A program made the translations under genes and the position numbers. A DNA stretch of 64,000 bases from Flectonema sp. DT1601 (taxonomy: Eukaryota): positions 930,001-994,000 of the forward strand of contig OZ025800.1 of the NCBI GenBank assembly GCA_964019425.1, given 5' to 3'. Below, piece by piece: positions 1-13,223 of this stretch. The notes under the pieces were generated by a model. That model saw only the letters and a program-made list of their open reading frames with translations. It searched no databases and was not told where the DNA came from. The number at the start of each line of letters is the position of its first letter. Within the stretch, counting starts at the first letter, position 1.

Positions 1-359
1 ACTGTAAACTTGCTACACCAATTGGATAAACAAAAGAACTGTCGTGTAAGTCGACAATTGTAGTAAGCGAGCGGAGACAATAGTACGAGTGCGACGTCCA
101 CTCCCTTGAAACGAACGCGCAAAGAGAGAAACTGTTGGAGTGTTGCTGGCCAATGTAATCAACAGCTATTATTTTTTTTTTTAGATAATCGCAAACAGGC
201 AATTTAATTTTTTTTTTTTTTTTTTCCTTCTTCCTTTTTCGTGAGCCTGGCAAGCTTCCTCATTTTTTTTTTTTTTTTTCAAAATTCATTCAAATGCAAT
301 CGCATTGCCGAAATACTCTCGTGTGATAACAAGATTCTTTGCGTAAAGTTATGAGTTAT
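1..359. repeat. Direct repeat copy A: duplicated upstream region of the LRR gene
   Basis: 1-359 matches 2903-3326 almost exactly except for poly-T length and small indels (offset 2902). Implies another LRR copy just left of the window. Confidence 0.9.
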
Positions 360-1817
360 AATATGAGTTTATTATAAAAAAGTGCACTAAATTAAAATAT
401 AAAAAGAAGAAAAATTATAAAAACACATTGTTCTGCTGTTCCATAATACATATGTGGAATACGTAGTTTCAGGCCTTAATCTTATACTACTTGTCCCTCT
501 TAGGCCTTCATCAGTAAGTTCTAAGGGACTTCATTCTAGTTAATTAATAAATCGGATCCATCAATTGGTCTATTTCAAAAGAACTGATTTCTTAATGTCC
601 ATCGGAGCTCGCCAGGACGGGCTAGCATATATTTGCTTTTGATCAGCGTTCTATCTCTTCTACATCTGTTCGTTTTATTACGAGTGCGAGTTCTCCTTCA
701 TCGGAGCTGTAGTCGTCTTTCTTGCGATTTTCCTTAGTGTTGGTGAGGAGTAGAATTCCTTCATTCGAGGGCCATGGTACAGTCTGAAAAATAAGAATTA
801 CGCTGATAGAGGACGAGGACGAGTGGAACCAAAAGCCTTATCCATCAACCACTGTTAGCATCATCGGGTGCCAAAATCCCACAAGTTACTTGTGTTCCCT
901 TGATGAGCAAAAACTCCCCTCAACTAGTAAGCAACACTTATTAGTATTATATTTCATTAACAACTTTAGGTATTAAAAACAAAATCAATATCAAGTACTT
1001 GAAAAATTCTAAGAAAAATTACGTTTGGAAAAAACGAAAACACAAAAGGGAAAACTTATTGACCAGAAGATGTTGTCGAATCTGGTAATTCGGGGACCAC
1101 GTACTATTAAGTTGAGCGTCACATGCCCTGTAGTCCGTTACAACTTACACTTAAACAAATTTAAAAGAAAAATACAGTTCTTGTTATAGTTCGTAGCACA
1201 TTACTATGGGAGTGGGAGGATGTATGTTCGATTTTGCAAAATTCAACTGCGTTATCATAAAAACATAAAAGATAACTAATCATTAATTTTAGATACAGTG
1301 ACTAAGGGTGATGCGTAACTTAGCATAACAAAGTAACTACTATAGAGTGGGGGAGAACGTGAAAAAAAAAATTAAAAAAAAATCTTTTTATTCCATGTAC
1401 AGCATCTTTCTTTATAATACGACCATATGTGCCATAAAAATTGGGCAGCACAATGGCCATATCACTCAGCAAGAAATGAAAACAAAAAGATCAGAAAAGA
1501 TGAATTGTCAGTTTAAGGTCATAACGACGACGGACCAAACACTACAGAAAAACGACCGTGAAGAGGGAAAGGATAGTATCTTGTAAGAAAATGCGAGCGA
1601 TCAAGGATGAAACTGTAAACAGTTAGCGCTGACATTGCCTTATGTTTAGTCCAATACATTGCGTACTGAACATCGCTGATACAGCAAGAGTCGCTGAGAT
1701 TGATTTAACCAAAAGTAAGAAATTGATTTGATATAATTTTAGAGAGCGCAACCACAGGAAATCGTGAACTGTAAATATGAACAGAATTACTTCATTTCTT
1801 TGTTCTAAATGTTGTTT

Positions 1818-2816
1818 TCAAAGTGTTCTTTTTTTTAATATCTGCGAATCCATAGACTTGACCCTCTTCTTAGACTTAGATTTTATAAACTGAGTAATTT
1901 CAGGAACATCAAGCAAACCAGGACAATTACGGAGAAAGGAAGAATCAAGAAGTGAAACATTACTCAGAGAGGACAAGTCTATCTCCATGAGTCCAGTACT
2001 ACACATAAAGGAACCTCCAATTGAAGTTACCTTCGTTAAACAACTGATATCAATCGTCTGCAGAGATTCACAGCCGGCTAAGAAGGAATGTCCTATTTTA
2101 GTTATGTTCGATAAACCGCTGATATCAATGTTAGTTAGGGAAGTATTATCACAGAGGAATGCATCAGGTATTTCCGTCAGTTTACTAAATTTTGACAAAT
2201 CGATAGTTTTAAGTAAATAACATCCATGAAGAAAATCAGTGCCTATCGAAGTTACATTACAGAGGCTTGACATATCTAAGTGTGTAAGATTATCACAGTT
2301 TCTCAGAAATGAATCGTCGATTGTTGTGACGTAGCACAAACCAGTTAAATCTACTGAAGTCAGGCTCGTTTCGAATAAAAACGAATCTGCGGCGGATGTA
2401 ATTGAGGGTTTAGGATTACACCATACAATACTTTTAACATTTTCTGGCAACAGAAACCAATCCACATCAATACTTCCGTCAGTTGTGAATGTCGGGCTGT
2501 CTAAGTAGAGGATTTTGTTTGGTTCATCTTTAAATATTGGTTTTATTACCTTCGCCTTGACAGGATCCTTAAAATGGTCGAGTCTGAATATTTGAATCAA
2601 CGATGCGACTAATTGAGAATCAACTGACACACCGTGAGATACTATCTTAGAATTAGAAGGAAGTAAAGCTCCTCCATAATTGAGATCTATTCGACAACTA
2701 TCAACTCCCCATTCATCTGCTGCTGTGTTTGACGCTTCCTCCACTAAAGTATCTGTCGTTGTCGTAAAGTTGACGTCACAGAACTCTGTGTTAGGACATG
2801 TTATTGTGAGATTCAT
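1818..2816 (-). CDS. Leucine-rich repeat protein (BspA/TpLRR-like, ~24-aa repeats)
   Basis: Repeated LxxIDLSxLxxVTxIGxxFLxxC units. First ATG at 2816 follows the acceptor-like TATTTACAACAG at ~2846. Confidence 0.85.
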   Translation of the reverse strand: MNLTITCPNTEFCDVNFTTTTDTLVEEASNTAADEWGVDSCRIDLNYGGALLPSNSKIVSHGVSVDSQLVASLIQIFRLDHFKDPVKAKVIKPIFKDEPNKILYLDSPTFTTDGSIDVDWFLLPENVKSIVWCNPKPSITSAADSFLFETSLTSVDLTGLCYVTTIDDSFLRNCDNLTHLDMSSLCNVTSIGTDFLHGCYLLKTIDLSKFSKLTEIPDAFLCDNTSLTNIDISGLSNITKIGHSFLAGCESLQTIDISCLTKVTSIGGSFMCSTGLMEIDLSSLSNVSLLDSSFLRNCPGLLDVPEITQFIKSKSKKRVKSMDSQILKKRTL

Positions 2817-2902
2817 GGTTGATGACTTGTTGTTAAGATCTCGACCTGTTGTAAATAATTGAAATAGGTGTAAAATCTCTAACAACTATAAAAACTTTTC
2901 AC

Positions 2903-3326
2903 ACTGTAAACTTGCTACACCAATTGGATAAACAAAAGAACTGTCGTGTAAGTCGACAATTGTAGTAAGCGAGCGGAGACAATAGTACGAGTGCGACGTC
3001 CACTCCCTTGAAACGAACGCGCAAAGAGAGAAACTGTTGGAGTGTTGCTGGCCAATGTAATCAACAGCTATTTTTTTTTATTTTTTTATTACTTTTTTTT
3101 TTTTTTTTTTGTCATACCGAAAAAAAAAGTACACGATAATCGCAAACAGGCAATTTAATCTTTTTTTTTTTTTTTTTCCCTTCTTCCTTTTTCGTGAGCC
3201 TGGCAAGCTTCCTCATTTTTTTTTTTTTTTTTTTTTTCAAAATTTATTCACATTACGTCCATGCAATCGCATTGCCGAAATACTCTCGTGTGATAACAAG
3301 ATTCTTTGCATAAAGTTATGAGTTAT
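2903..3326. repeat. Direct repeat copy B (upstream of the LRR gene)
   Basis: Matches 1-359. Confidence 0.9.
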
Positions 3327-3448
3327 TTACTTATAACTTAAACCAATAGTAAGCCACAGTTCAGTATATCTTCCTTAAGGCTCTAACCCAGCCTTTCCTA
3401 GAGTGATAATCCTCTTGTGTAAAATAACTAGGTGGACATGAATTACCT

Positions 3449-3880
3449 TCAGCAGGTATTTTGCCGAGTGCACATCGATTCGGCGCATCGAACTTGTTTT
3501 GCTATTTTATGAAAATTTCCAGGGTGAGCTGCTGTCTTACCAAGACCGATGTTGACGAAATCGTGAACAAACTGTGTTCGTTTTATTTTTTTTGTTTGTT
3601 TTTTTATTTTTGTTCTTTTGGAAATTTTTTTTTTTTTTCTTTATAAAGAAATCATCAAAGTCGTGAGAATACAAACCTTCATAATTTCCCCTCCATGTTG
3701 TCGACATGGTCCACAAGGAATTTTATTAACCGCTGAATGTAGCTGTCCCCAAACAGCTTTTCCATCATAACCTGTATAGTTGAATCCACAGGGTTGCTTT
3801 TGAACTCGACAAACAGAATTTTGTGTGCATGACTGTGGGTGGTCTGTCACCCCTGCAGCAGCAGAGGCGCTGCTCGCCAT
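3449..3880 (-). CDS. Small Erv/ALR-like (FAD sulfhydryl oxidase-like) protein, 108 aa, 2 exons (3880-3677, 3571-3449)
   Basis: A GT-AG intron at 3676-3572 joins WGQLH..IPCGPCRQH in frame to FVHDFVNIGLGK, matching the Erv motifs WxxLH, CxxC-xxH and HNxVNxxLGK. Confidence 0.7.
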
Positions 3881-4745
3881 ATTGTCAACACTGAAAAAGA
3901 AATGTTACTTATTGAAGTGGGAAAACTAACCCTTGGAAGGCAACGGGAAATAAAAAGAGATCAGATAACGCACAGCCGCAAAACTCCCTCAGGCGATCCA
4001 CATGAAGTTTTTTTTTTTTTTTTTTTTTTTTCCCCATCTGTTAAAAAATAAATAAGCCTTGTTTCTGGAAAAAAAACACAACAATTTTGCCAGCGGGGGT
4101 GGCACGTTACGTTGCATGTCAGTCTCTTTTTTTTCTTTTTTTTTTAGTATTTCGTTGATTTTTTTTCTCAAAAAAAACAGTCATCTTCTGAGCCTTCCTT
4201 CTCAGTAGGGAGTACGCACAACGCAAACGCGAGTAAAAAAAAAACATCAGAAAGAAAGAAAAAAAGCAAGAGAGAGAGAAACTAATATTCACCATAATAG
4301 AGCTGGCAAATAGAAACTTTAGGTTCATGACTTTATAAAACAGAACACGGGACTAACGAAGTTTCGAAAAAATAATATTTTCTGGTATTAGTTTAACAGC
4401 GGTTTTTTTTTTTTTTTAGTTTTTTTTTTTTTTTTTTCTTGAGAGACACGACATGTGACATTCGAAAGAACAGGGGAAAACAAAAAACCAAAAGGGGAAC
4501 AAGTAAATAAAAAAGAAATACAAACAAGGTGGATGCAGTGGATACAAGGGGGGGGGGAAAGCAATCCATAATAACAAACAACAAGGGAGGTAGATTCCTC
4601 AAGGGTAAAAAACTTCTAGTAACTTGAAGAGTAAAGAAGTAAAACTAATAACAAACTACAATTAAAAACTCCATCTAAACAATGCACAGACGTATACGAA
4701 CAGCTTAACTTATCTCATAACAACATCACAATGGCGCCTAAGTTC

Positions 4746-6660
4746 TTAGTGGTGACGTGGAGGAGAGCTCCTTCCTGTTTCGTTGGAGAAATCTCTGTGG
4801 GCACTGTTTTTTTTTTTATTGTTATTTTATTATTCGGTAGGGGGTAGTTGTTTGAAATCAATATAAAAACATCGTTTGTAGCCCCCCCCCCCCCCCCCCC
4901 CCCCCCCTGCCAATCATTTCATACATTTTCTTATGGGAGTTACAACCATGAAAAAAAGAAGAAATGATTCAAAAAAACGAATACCTTCTGAGGTGTTCTT
5001 CCTTTCTCTCAACGGCTTCACGTTGTTCACGAAGACGAACTTCCATTTGAAGGAGGTCATTTTCTTTGCGCTGTTCTTCTGCACGACGAGCATCAGTTTC
5101 TGCCTCCCTACTTTCCATTCCTTCGAGTGCCTTGCGATGGTCATCGAGCTGTTTTTCAGCACGTTGTTCAGCAGTCTTACGCTGGCCGTCCTTCATCCTA
5201 GCTGTGGCTAAATCCTTCTCCAGTTGTTGCTTTTGCTGGTTGGACTGAGCGGTATTCCTTTGCGCAGTTCGGTGGTCTGCAGCGCGATCATTTTCTGCGT
5301 TTATACATTCTCTGAGGTCACCTTCGCATCTTTGAACTTCCTTTGCTGACATGTCGAGTTCACGTTCGGCATCAGCATCCTCAGCGTCCTCGGCCTTGCC
5401 ACGAGTGGTTTTCACCTCATCGGACGCCCTGTCGATGATTTCCTCCTGGCGCTTTATTTCCTTCTCTTTCTCTGCTACTTTTTTCTGAAGGGCTTCCAAT
5501 TCTTTCAGAAGTTTCTCTTTTTCGTTGACCTGCATTTGATGTTTCTTCTCAGCGGCTTCAGCAGAACGTTGAGCAGCTCTTTTAGCGGCTTCCTTTTTAC
5601 GGTTAGCTTCCTTGGTAGTGGCTTCGGCTGTTTTGGCATCGCGGAGAGCTGCGCGGGAGCGTTCGGAGTCGGCGTGGGCATCGTTCTTAGCACCCAAAGC
5701 CTTCTGTTCCTCATCTTTAGTGTCCTGACACTTGCCGTCAGCTTCATCCGCCTTCTGTTGCATGTCAAGTGTGCCGGACTCAGCATCGAGTACTGCCTGT
5801 CTGGCATCATCAAGTCGTCTCTCGTAGTCATCAGTCAACTCATGTTGAGCTTTAATTTTATCCTTTCGTAAGGTCTCGTGATGTAATTTTCTTGATCTGA
5901 AATACATAGAATCTAACAGTTTTGGGTACATCTCCGCAAAGTGCTGAAATTCAGGAAACGACAGAAGACCGTCTTCGTTACGGTCAGCTTTCTTTGTGAA
6001 CAAATCCTCGACTGTGGCGTCGGTGAGACCTTCTGAGGAGCCCGAAATTCTCAATTTCGAGAAAACCTCGAGCCAGTCGTCAAGGCGGACACTTCTGCTG
6101 TCCTTGCTGTCCAGTTCTTCATAAACCATTCTGACCTTGTCACTGTGAGTAGCAGTGTCATCACCTGATTGAGATTGAAAATCAAATCTACTTGGTGACG
6201 CTACTGATCCATAAGGAGAACCTGCACCAGCTCCTCTATAAGGACTACTTGAATCTCTCAAGTCTGCATATAAAGGAGCTGAGTAAGATTCATAATGAGG
6301 AGGTGAAGCACTTCTTCTGTACTGTGGACTACCAACTCCGACAGGTCTCTGCGGTGGAGGAATTCTTCCCGGGGTGTCCTTGTGCCAGGCGGTTTCCTTT
6401 TGAAAGATATAAACTTGACAATAGTCTTCAAGTTGACTAGATGCGACAAGGTCTACCCACATCTCCATTCTTTCATCAAATACTTGTGCTCTGTGCACAT
6501 GGAATGGACCTGCCTGAGGAGGACGTCTAATCGCAGCTTCAGCACTCAACACTTCATCAATACGATCTCTCAACTCAGTTACTGTTGGAATGGTGGGGAA
6601 AGTCAACTCGTAATTCTTCTTTCCAGCGAGATCGACAGCAGCCAAGACAGTGAAAACCAT
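4746..6660 (-). CDS. BILBO1-family protein (ubiquitin-like N-terminal domain, EF-hands, long coiled coil), 2 exons (6660-4985, 4803-4746)
   Basis: N-terminus AAVDLAGKKNYELTFP...WVDL..SSQLEDYCQVYIFQ resembles BILBO1_N. EF-hand DRNEDGLLSFPEF, then coiled coil. GT-AG intron 4984-4804 restores the C-terminus LRSAHRDFS...HH*. Confidence 0.8.
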
Positions 6661-7119
6661 TTTATTATTATAAAATTCGGTTTACCTAAAAAGATTAAAT
6701 GAATGTGTTAAACACAACTATCAACACCTTGTTCACATCAATTACCTGTGAATGTAATAAATTTAATAACACTTCAACAACAATAATAAAAGTGAGCAGG
6801 TAAAGGAAACGCTTAAGGCTTGAGAACCGTTAAGACTGAGATATTTCTGTTCATTTAATTTAACCAATTACGGAAAGAACGTTTGTTAAACACATTCTTT
6901 TCCATCAATCAGTTTGCAACTAATATAGAGAGGTAAGTGCTCAATACAGAAAGATCACTTCACCACCAATCAAGAACATCGATGAGTGAGGCGAGTACAG
7001 CAGAAAGCAAATAAAATATCAAAAAGGGAGGTATGGTTTCGGCTTCAGGGAGGGAGGCGGAGGAAAATAACGAATTATAGAACATACTACCTGAAATGAT
7101 TTCGAATCTTTTCATTCGA

Positions 7120-8019
7120 TCAGTTCGCTCTATCAAATGGAGAAGGACAGTTGCCGTTTCTGTAGCAGCTGGAACTTACACCTCCACCCCAATGAGGGCC
7201 AGGAGCCTTGGCACACCATGGAGCTGAAACACACCCTTCGAGACCAAACACAACAGCAATCTCATCGTGAGCACTGTGAAGGGTCTCGACGTAGGTTCCA
7301 GAGTTCGCGTTCACGTGCTTGTGAAACGAAATCGTTGTCCTGTCGTCATCGAAACAAGGAGAGCACATTCCCGAGTCCCATCCGCTTGACAGCAGATCCG
7401 TACGTAACCCATCCGGTCTCGGGCCCGTGCACTCCTTGCACACGTACATCGTCACCCAGAATTCGCATTCTTCACCACGGCAGCACGTCAGCTGCAGGCT
7501 TGACCCAGACGGGAGCGGGCGGGGAACGTCGTACACATTCAATCCACGGATACCTGATGGGAACTTGAAGTAGTTCGTGTGTCCCAGGTCAACGTTTCCA
7601 TCTGCGATAGGCCCATGTACAGTCAAGTGGCTCTCTACACCAGAAGGGTTGATGTAGTGTACTCCGGTATGGCAACCGTCAGGTTCGTGTGTGGTGATGA
7701 TGGTCTGCAGGAAGTGGTGGAACACAGTTCCGTACCAAATCTCATCAGCATGGCATTTGATCCAGTACGGTCTCTCTGAAGACAACGCATTCCCCGCCAC
7801 GTCGAAGTGGATCGGCGGCATGTTGTGCAACTCGTTCGTTGGACTCGATATGTGTACATTGTGAATCGAACTCCATGGATCGTCAAACTCCGATGGCGGG
7901 AATGGATACGCCGCACACCAGATGTCTGTGTACTGCCAGACGTGCGGCTCGTGCAGTTCCACCTGTACCTGTGCGCTGTTCGCTGTGATAAGAATGTCGA
8001 CTATGGCAACGATACCCAT
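7120..8019 (-). CDS. Hypothetical Cys/His/Trp-rich, beta-rich protein; possibly the 3' part of a larger surface-protein gene
   Basis: Open frame of ~300 codons from ATG 8019, visibly more GC-rich than its flanks. No family recognised. Confidence 0.6.
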   Translation of the reverse strand: MGIVAIVDILITANSAQVQVELHEPHVWQYTDIWCAAYPFPPSEFDDPWSSIHNVHISSPTNELHNMPPIHFDVAGNALSSERPYWIKCHADEIWYGTVFHHFLQTIITTHEPDGCHTGVHYINPSGVESHLTVHGPIADGNVDLGHTNYFKFPSGIRGLNVYDVPRPLPSGSSLQLTCCRGEECEFWVTMYVCKECTGPRPDGLRTDLLSSGWDSGMCSPCFDDDRTTISFHKHVNANSGTYVETLHSAHDEIAVVFGLEGCVSAPWCAKAPGPHWGGGVSSSCYRNGNCPSPFDRAN

Positions 8020-9025
8020 TTCAGTAGTTTGTTTGTGTAAATGAAGTAAAGACTGTAGAAGTAAATGTCGTGAGCTAAACCGACGCAAAACTCAATCCCT
8101 TCAACCACAGCCCTAATTGTAAACTGAAGAAATTAATACAAACATAAACACAATTCATAATACTGCAGACTTATCTGTGAGGCTGTGATGTGCAACTTAA
8201 CTCCAACGAATATCAAATCCATTCAAGAAGACGACAACTGTAAATAGAAATGAATTGCTGATGACGGGTCCTCGAACTCAAAGACTTAGCAAATGTCGTT
8301 AGTGCTGACAACATTCTTTGCTACAAATACTTGCTATATAATACGTGCAAACCGAAAAAAAAAAAAAAAAGAAAAAGAAACATCGGAAGAAAAAAAACTG
8401 GGAAAAAAAAGAAGAAAGCTAACGAAGTCAGGGTAAGGGAACACGAGGTGACTGTCAGCTTGTCTTTGATTGAAATTCTCTTTCTTTCTTTTTTTTAATT
8501 CCGGTAAGAACACATGCTAACAGTTATTTTGGTTTATTGTCAGCTGTAATTCTCTCTGAGAAAACTGGTAGTCTTTAAAAGTGTAAGCTGGATACAAGTT
8601 CTTGTCGTGGTCCTGTGGGTAGGTGAAAAAAACAACACCAAATCGAACCATCAGACACACTCTACTCCACACGACAGGAGCATTTCTTGTTTTAGTCACA
8701 GCATGCTATATTAGAAACAACATTTCATAAATAATCCGTTTCTTGTTATATCAAAAGTCTTTTACTTTTTCCGTCTTCGCACGTTGTCGTTTTCAGTCTT
8801 TAATGTAATCAATCCTTTCCGTCAGTTAGTTTGGAAGAGAAAGCGATAAAGATTACAAACACGTTGACTTTTTGTTAGCATCTCTGACTTCTGTTTGCCG
8901 AGCACGCGGCTTTTATATGGTCTCACAGTGACACTTAAAAGTTTCTTTTTCTTTTCTCTCTCCGACTTAAGCAACAAGTGATCAACTAATAAAAGACCTT
9001 ATGACACTAGTATACGTTGCATGTC

Positions 9026-9664
9026 TTAATAACAACCTCCACAAGTTGACTTTGGAGTTGTTTCTTGTGCCGGTGCAATGGTGAAGGGATCTAATTTTTT
9101 GAATTGCGTATCGCTGTCGGAAGCTGGATCAGTGATTGTCTCTTTCGTGGTTCCTGCAATCCTCATTTTAGCAGCTTCGGAGAAGACGGCAGCAACACCA
9201 GATCCACTTTTCGCTGAAGTTTCAAAAAAAGGAGCAGAAATCTGATTTGCATATGATAAGCCAACATCATACGGAACAACTCTATCAGCATCGGATATGT
9301 CAGTTTTGTTACCAACAATTACAACACGAGCTCCTTTTCGTTCAGCGTGTACGCTTTCAACCCAATGTTTAACATTATCGAAAGATTCGAAATTAGAAAT
9401 ATCGTACACAACAACAACCACTCTCGAATCTCTTATGTAAGAAGGGATCAGTGATTTATATCTCTCTTGTCCAGCTGTATCCCATATCTGTAGTCTAACA
9501 GTTGAGTCTCCGACGGTCACATTCTTTACTAAGAAGTCAATTCCAATGGTCGCTTGATAATTATTCCCAAATGAATCATACATGAATCTTGTTATAATAC
9601 TAGTCTTTCCTACACAAGAGTCACCGAGGAACACTACTTTGTGTTTCTCAAAGGGGGTTCTCAT
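9026..9664 (-). CDS. RAB6: Rab6-like small GTPase
   Basis: [47 protein letters not shown]-terminal cysteines. ATG at 9664. Confidence 0.9.
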   Translation of the reverse strand: MRTPFEKHKVVFLGDSCVGKTSIITRFMYDSFGNNYQATIGIDFLVKNVTVGDSTVRLQIWDTAGQERYKSLIPSYIRDSRVVVVVYDISNFESFDNVKHWVESVHAERKGARVVIVGNKTDISDADRVVPYDVGLSYANQISAPFFETSAKSGSGVAAVFSEAAKMRIAGTTKETITDPASDSDTQFKKLDPFTIAPAQETTPKSTCGGCY

Positions 9665-10368
9665 TGTTATCCCCCACCCTATTCCTCGCTGGGTGAAAAA
9701 TGTAATTAGACTGTTTGCCAATATAACATATAAAAAAAAAATTAGTTTTTGTTTTTTTGTTTGTATGCATTAGGATTACTAACTTTAAAAAAAAAAAAAA
9801 AGAAATAAACAAATAAATAAATACAAAAAACTATGAACACATCACACGCTGCCGAATTATTTTTTTTTTTTTTCTTGCTGAATAAAAAGTGAAAATATTA
9901 TTATTATTATTATTATTTCTCGACATTTCATCAAAAAACTGGTACTTTTACAAAACACGATACAACAAACTGAAGTGGATACAGAAATATAATACGGAAA
10001 GAAAAAAAAAAAGAAAAGAAAATTGTTCCCAACGAAGAGACGTACCCACGTTAAGTCCTGTCATCAGAAGCAGACAGACATCTGAAGTAGATTTACAGTA
10101 ACCACAACATGTAACTTATAGGCTTTATATGTGACAAGGAAAATGAGAAACAAGAACAAAGAAATGGGGAGGTGGAAAATTTTTAAAATCCATACACAAT
10201 CGGGGGGGTTAACCGCTTGATTTATAAAATACAAACTGCATTGTATCACAACAACATAACTGTTAATAAGTACACGATGACTATGGTGATGCTCAACGTA
10301 ACCTTTTGAAGTAACTATTAGGTTTCATAATGGAGAGGAACAGCTAGAGCTCAATAAACAACAACTAC

Positions 10369-11892
10369 TTACCTCCTTCCAGATTGCTGAACAAGATGGT
10401 CAGCTAATTTCATAATGTTCCCATTCGGGAGTAGGAATGTTCCGTCAGGATTAGGTCTCCACTCCGGGTGACGGGGACTGAGAGCAGATTTCGTGCGGCT
10501 TTGATAAGAAAGTGTTTTGGGACAGGACAGAAGGGCGGTGTTCGCTCCAAGTTTTTGAAGCTTGCGGAGCCTAGCAATTGCTTCAATCGAATTCTCACTA
10601 CCGGGTTGTAATCTAGCTCTACTGTGAATTACTTTACTTTGATGAACACTTGGTTGAATTGGTGCTGCACGAACTGGAGAGTATCCTCTTTGTGGTGACC
10701 CAGACCTTCGAGGGCTCATTGACCTCTGAGCGCGGTTAATGGCTTCACTAGCGGCTGGTTTGACACCAAATACTTTTTCATACTTTCGTTCAGATTCAGT
10801 AGCGCGGAGACTGCTGACATCTTCAATTTCTCTCATTTTGAAGGTGGTCGCAAATCTCTTATTTGGATACTTCTCTCTTTCGTGATACTGCTTTAGACGT
10901 TCTCCCTGTTGAAGGGTAGTAATCTCATCGCGGACAGCAGCACGTTTTTCAAATGAAGTTTTCTTTTGATCCTTTTCGGATCGATTAATACTCTTCTCTC
11001 TAACTTCATCCTTAATACACTGATCCCAAAGACTCATTGCTGTCCTACGAATAGCATCTTCAATGCTGTAACCACCTTGATGATCTGGTACACTTCTATG
11101 TGGTATTGCAGCAGGGGGACTTGTAACTTCTGATTGCCGCATCACATTCCTCTTCTGAGGGGTGTGCTTTGGACTGTGCTTTGCAATAAACTGCTCGCTG
11201 TAATTTGCAGCTGGCGCAGAGCTTCTTTTCTTTTTAGGTGTAGATGCAGTCGGGGTAGGACTTTTTTTCATTGGTTTAGACACCTGTTGTGCTGTCACTG
11301 GTGAAGGCATTTCAACGGAAATGGTCTTCGCTGTATTTGCCAACAGCGTCGTGCCTAATGTTGACTGCTGTAGTGCTGGTTCATCAGGAGCATATAATGG
11401 ACCAGGTCTTAATGAATCAGATAACACATCAATAGTAACAGTGTTATGAAGTAGTGATAAAGGTGAATGTTTTTCGACACTAGGAGGAGGATCATAAAAA
11501 TTAACAGACGCTCCCGGAGCAGAATTCATATTCGAAGGACTTCTCTCTGAAACACTTTCACGAGCCTCAGCAATTGCTCTGTTCTCTTTACCAGTAGTAC
11601 TCATACTTATCTGGTCTATTGGAAGTTGTATATCGTCATCGTTGTAGGTAATTTCGATATTTTGAATTGACGATGTCTTTCTGCTAATTACTTCAGGTTG
11701 ATCATTTTCTAAACAAACTCTGCTGTCAGAAATCGATGGTGCCACAGGAGGAGGCATTTCTCTGATAATACTCGTAGCTTGACTAGCCTGACGAGATATC
11801 GGAGCTGACTGACCAGAGACTGATGGAGTTCTCGATTTTACAGAAAGTGGAACAGCTGTGGGATCTTCAGCTACAGTCTCTTCTTCACCTAT

Positions 11893-11927
<35 letters not shown>

Positions 11928-12243
11928 TTGGATACATAATACTGGAGTTTACCGTCTGTGGTGTTGTTGGTGGTTGGTAAGACGGAGATTTCTCGGAGTT
12001 AATTAAAACTTCCGTTTCTTGAACTTCTCTCTCATCACATTCGCTGTCTTCAATTTGATGAACAATTGAATTACCACTTGGGCATCCAACACTCTCTGGT
12101 GATGCAGAAAGAAGATCACCACCTCCTTCTACAGAAGCAATTGGTTGAAATGAGCAGGTGCTATCTTTGACTTGTGAACTGTTTGGATCTAAAGAAGCTG
12201 CAGTACGCTCCAAGGCATCCGATGCTTCGGACTTTGCGTCCAT
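10369..12243 (-). CDS. Hypothetical, largely disordered S/P-rich protein with a poly-Asp tract
   Basis: 624-aa ORF on the cluster strand. (GAT)n encodes the Asp run at ~11893-11925. Confidence 0.75.
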
Positions 12244-13223
12244 CGTATGGCACTGATGAAGGGATTTAAATTATGTTAACAAAAATAAAAGACATCATAA
12301 ACATTATCGTTATCAATTCTGAATAATAGTATCCGACTTTACAATAAGTCACAAAAGTATTAAAAATAACACTATTCAAAAGGGACTACAACTTGGTAGT
12401 CACGAAGGCGATACTTAGAAACTGTTTTTCAAACAAAATAATAAAAAGAATTGTAACAGAACATATAACACAGCGAGTCCTAAGGTGGTGGGCTACACTG
12501 CAGTTGGCGGACGTCGAAACTGAACAGCTGAAACAATTCAATTACGCAGGGAGACAGTACTGTCTCGAAAGAAGAACACACAACGTTCAGTATCTACCTG
12601 AAGAGTTGAGAACAAGCTCTCAATCTGTCAATCCTTCCCTTGTTGAGTGTTTGTGTCATTCACACAACGCTACTTATAACAACTTCAGGGGGGAAGCGGC
12701 TAGTTGACAGCAGGTCTCCAATTAAACAACGCACAAAGTCAACAAGAATAGAGAACTATGGAACAAAATGGATTTGGTAAAAAAAGAGAAAAGTATTTCC
12801 CCACACAACATACACAACACTCGCAACAGCAGGCAACAAGTTTTACTCAAAAAAGACACACGCTCTGTAATGGAACAATATTGTTTGATACACAAAGTGC
12901 CTCACTGACACCATCAAAATGAATTCGACCGGTTGTGAAGATAAAATACTCTTTTGAACTCTTGACTACAATACTCAGAGAGATGATCTTTGTTTAGACA
13001 ACTCTCTGAGAAAAGACAAACTTCCGAAAGTACAACACTCGCAACAGTCATAACTGATTAAAAGAAAGGGAAGAAAGTAATGCGACCGCATCTAATACTC
13101 GACTTGAGAAGGTTCATAAAATAATTGACTCTTGTCGTCTCATCTTCTAACACAGAAGTGGGAAAAAGGGTTTCGAGTTAATTATCATTGTCGAAGGCCT
13201 ACTTGCATAATTAGATTTTGTCA

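Noticed and set aside
600..900. Possible small exon or ORF on the minus strand (TVPWPSNEG...)
   Set aside because: Under 50 codons, with no start codon or recognisable motif.
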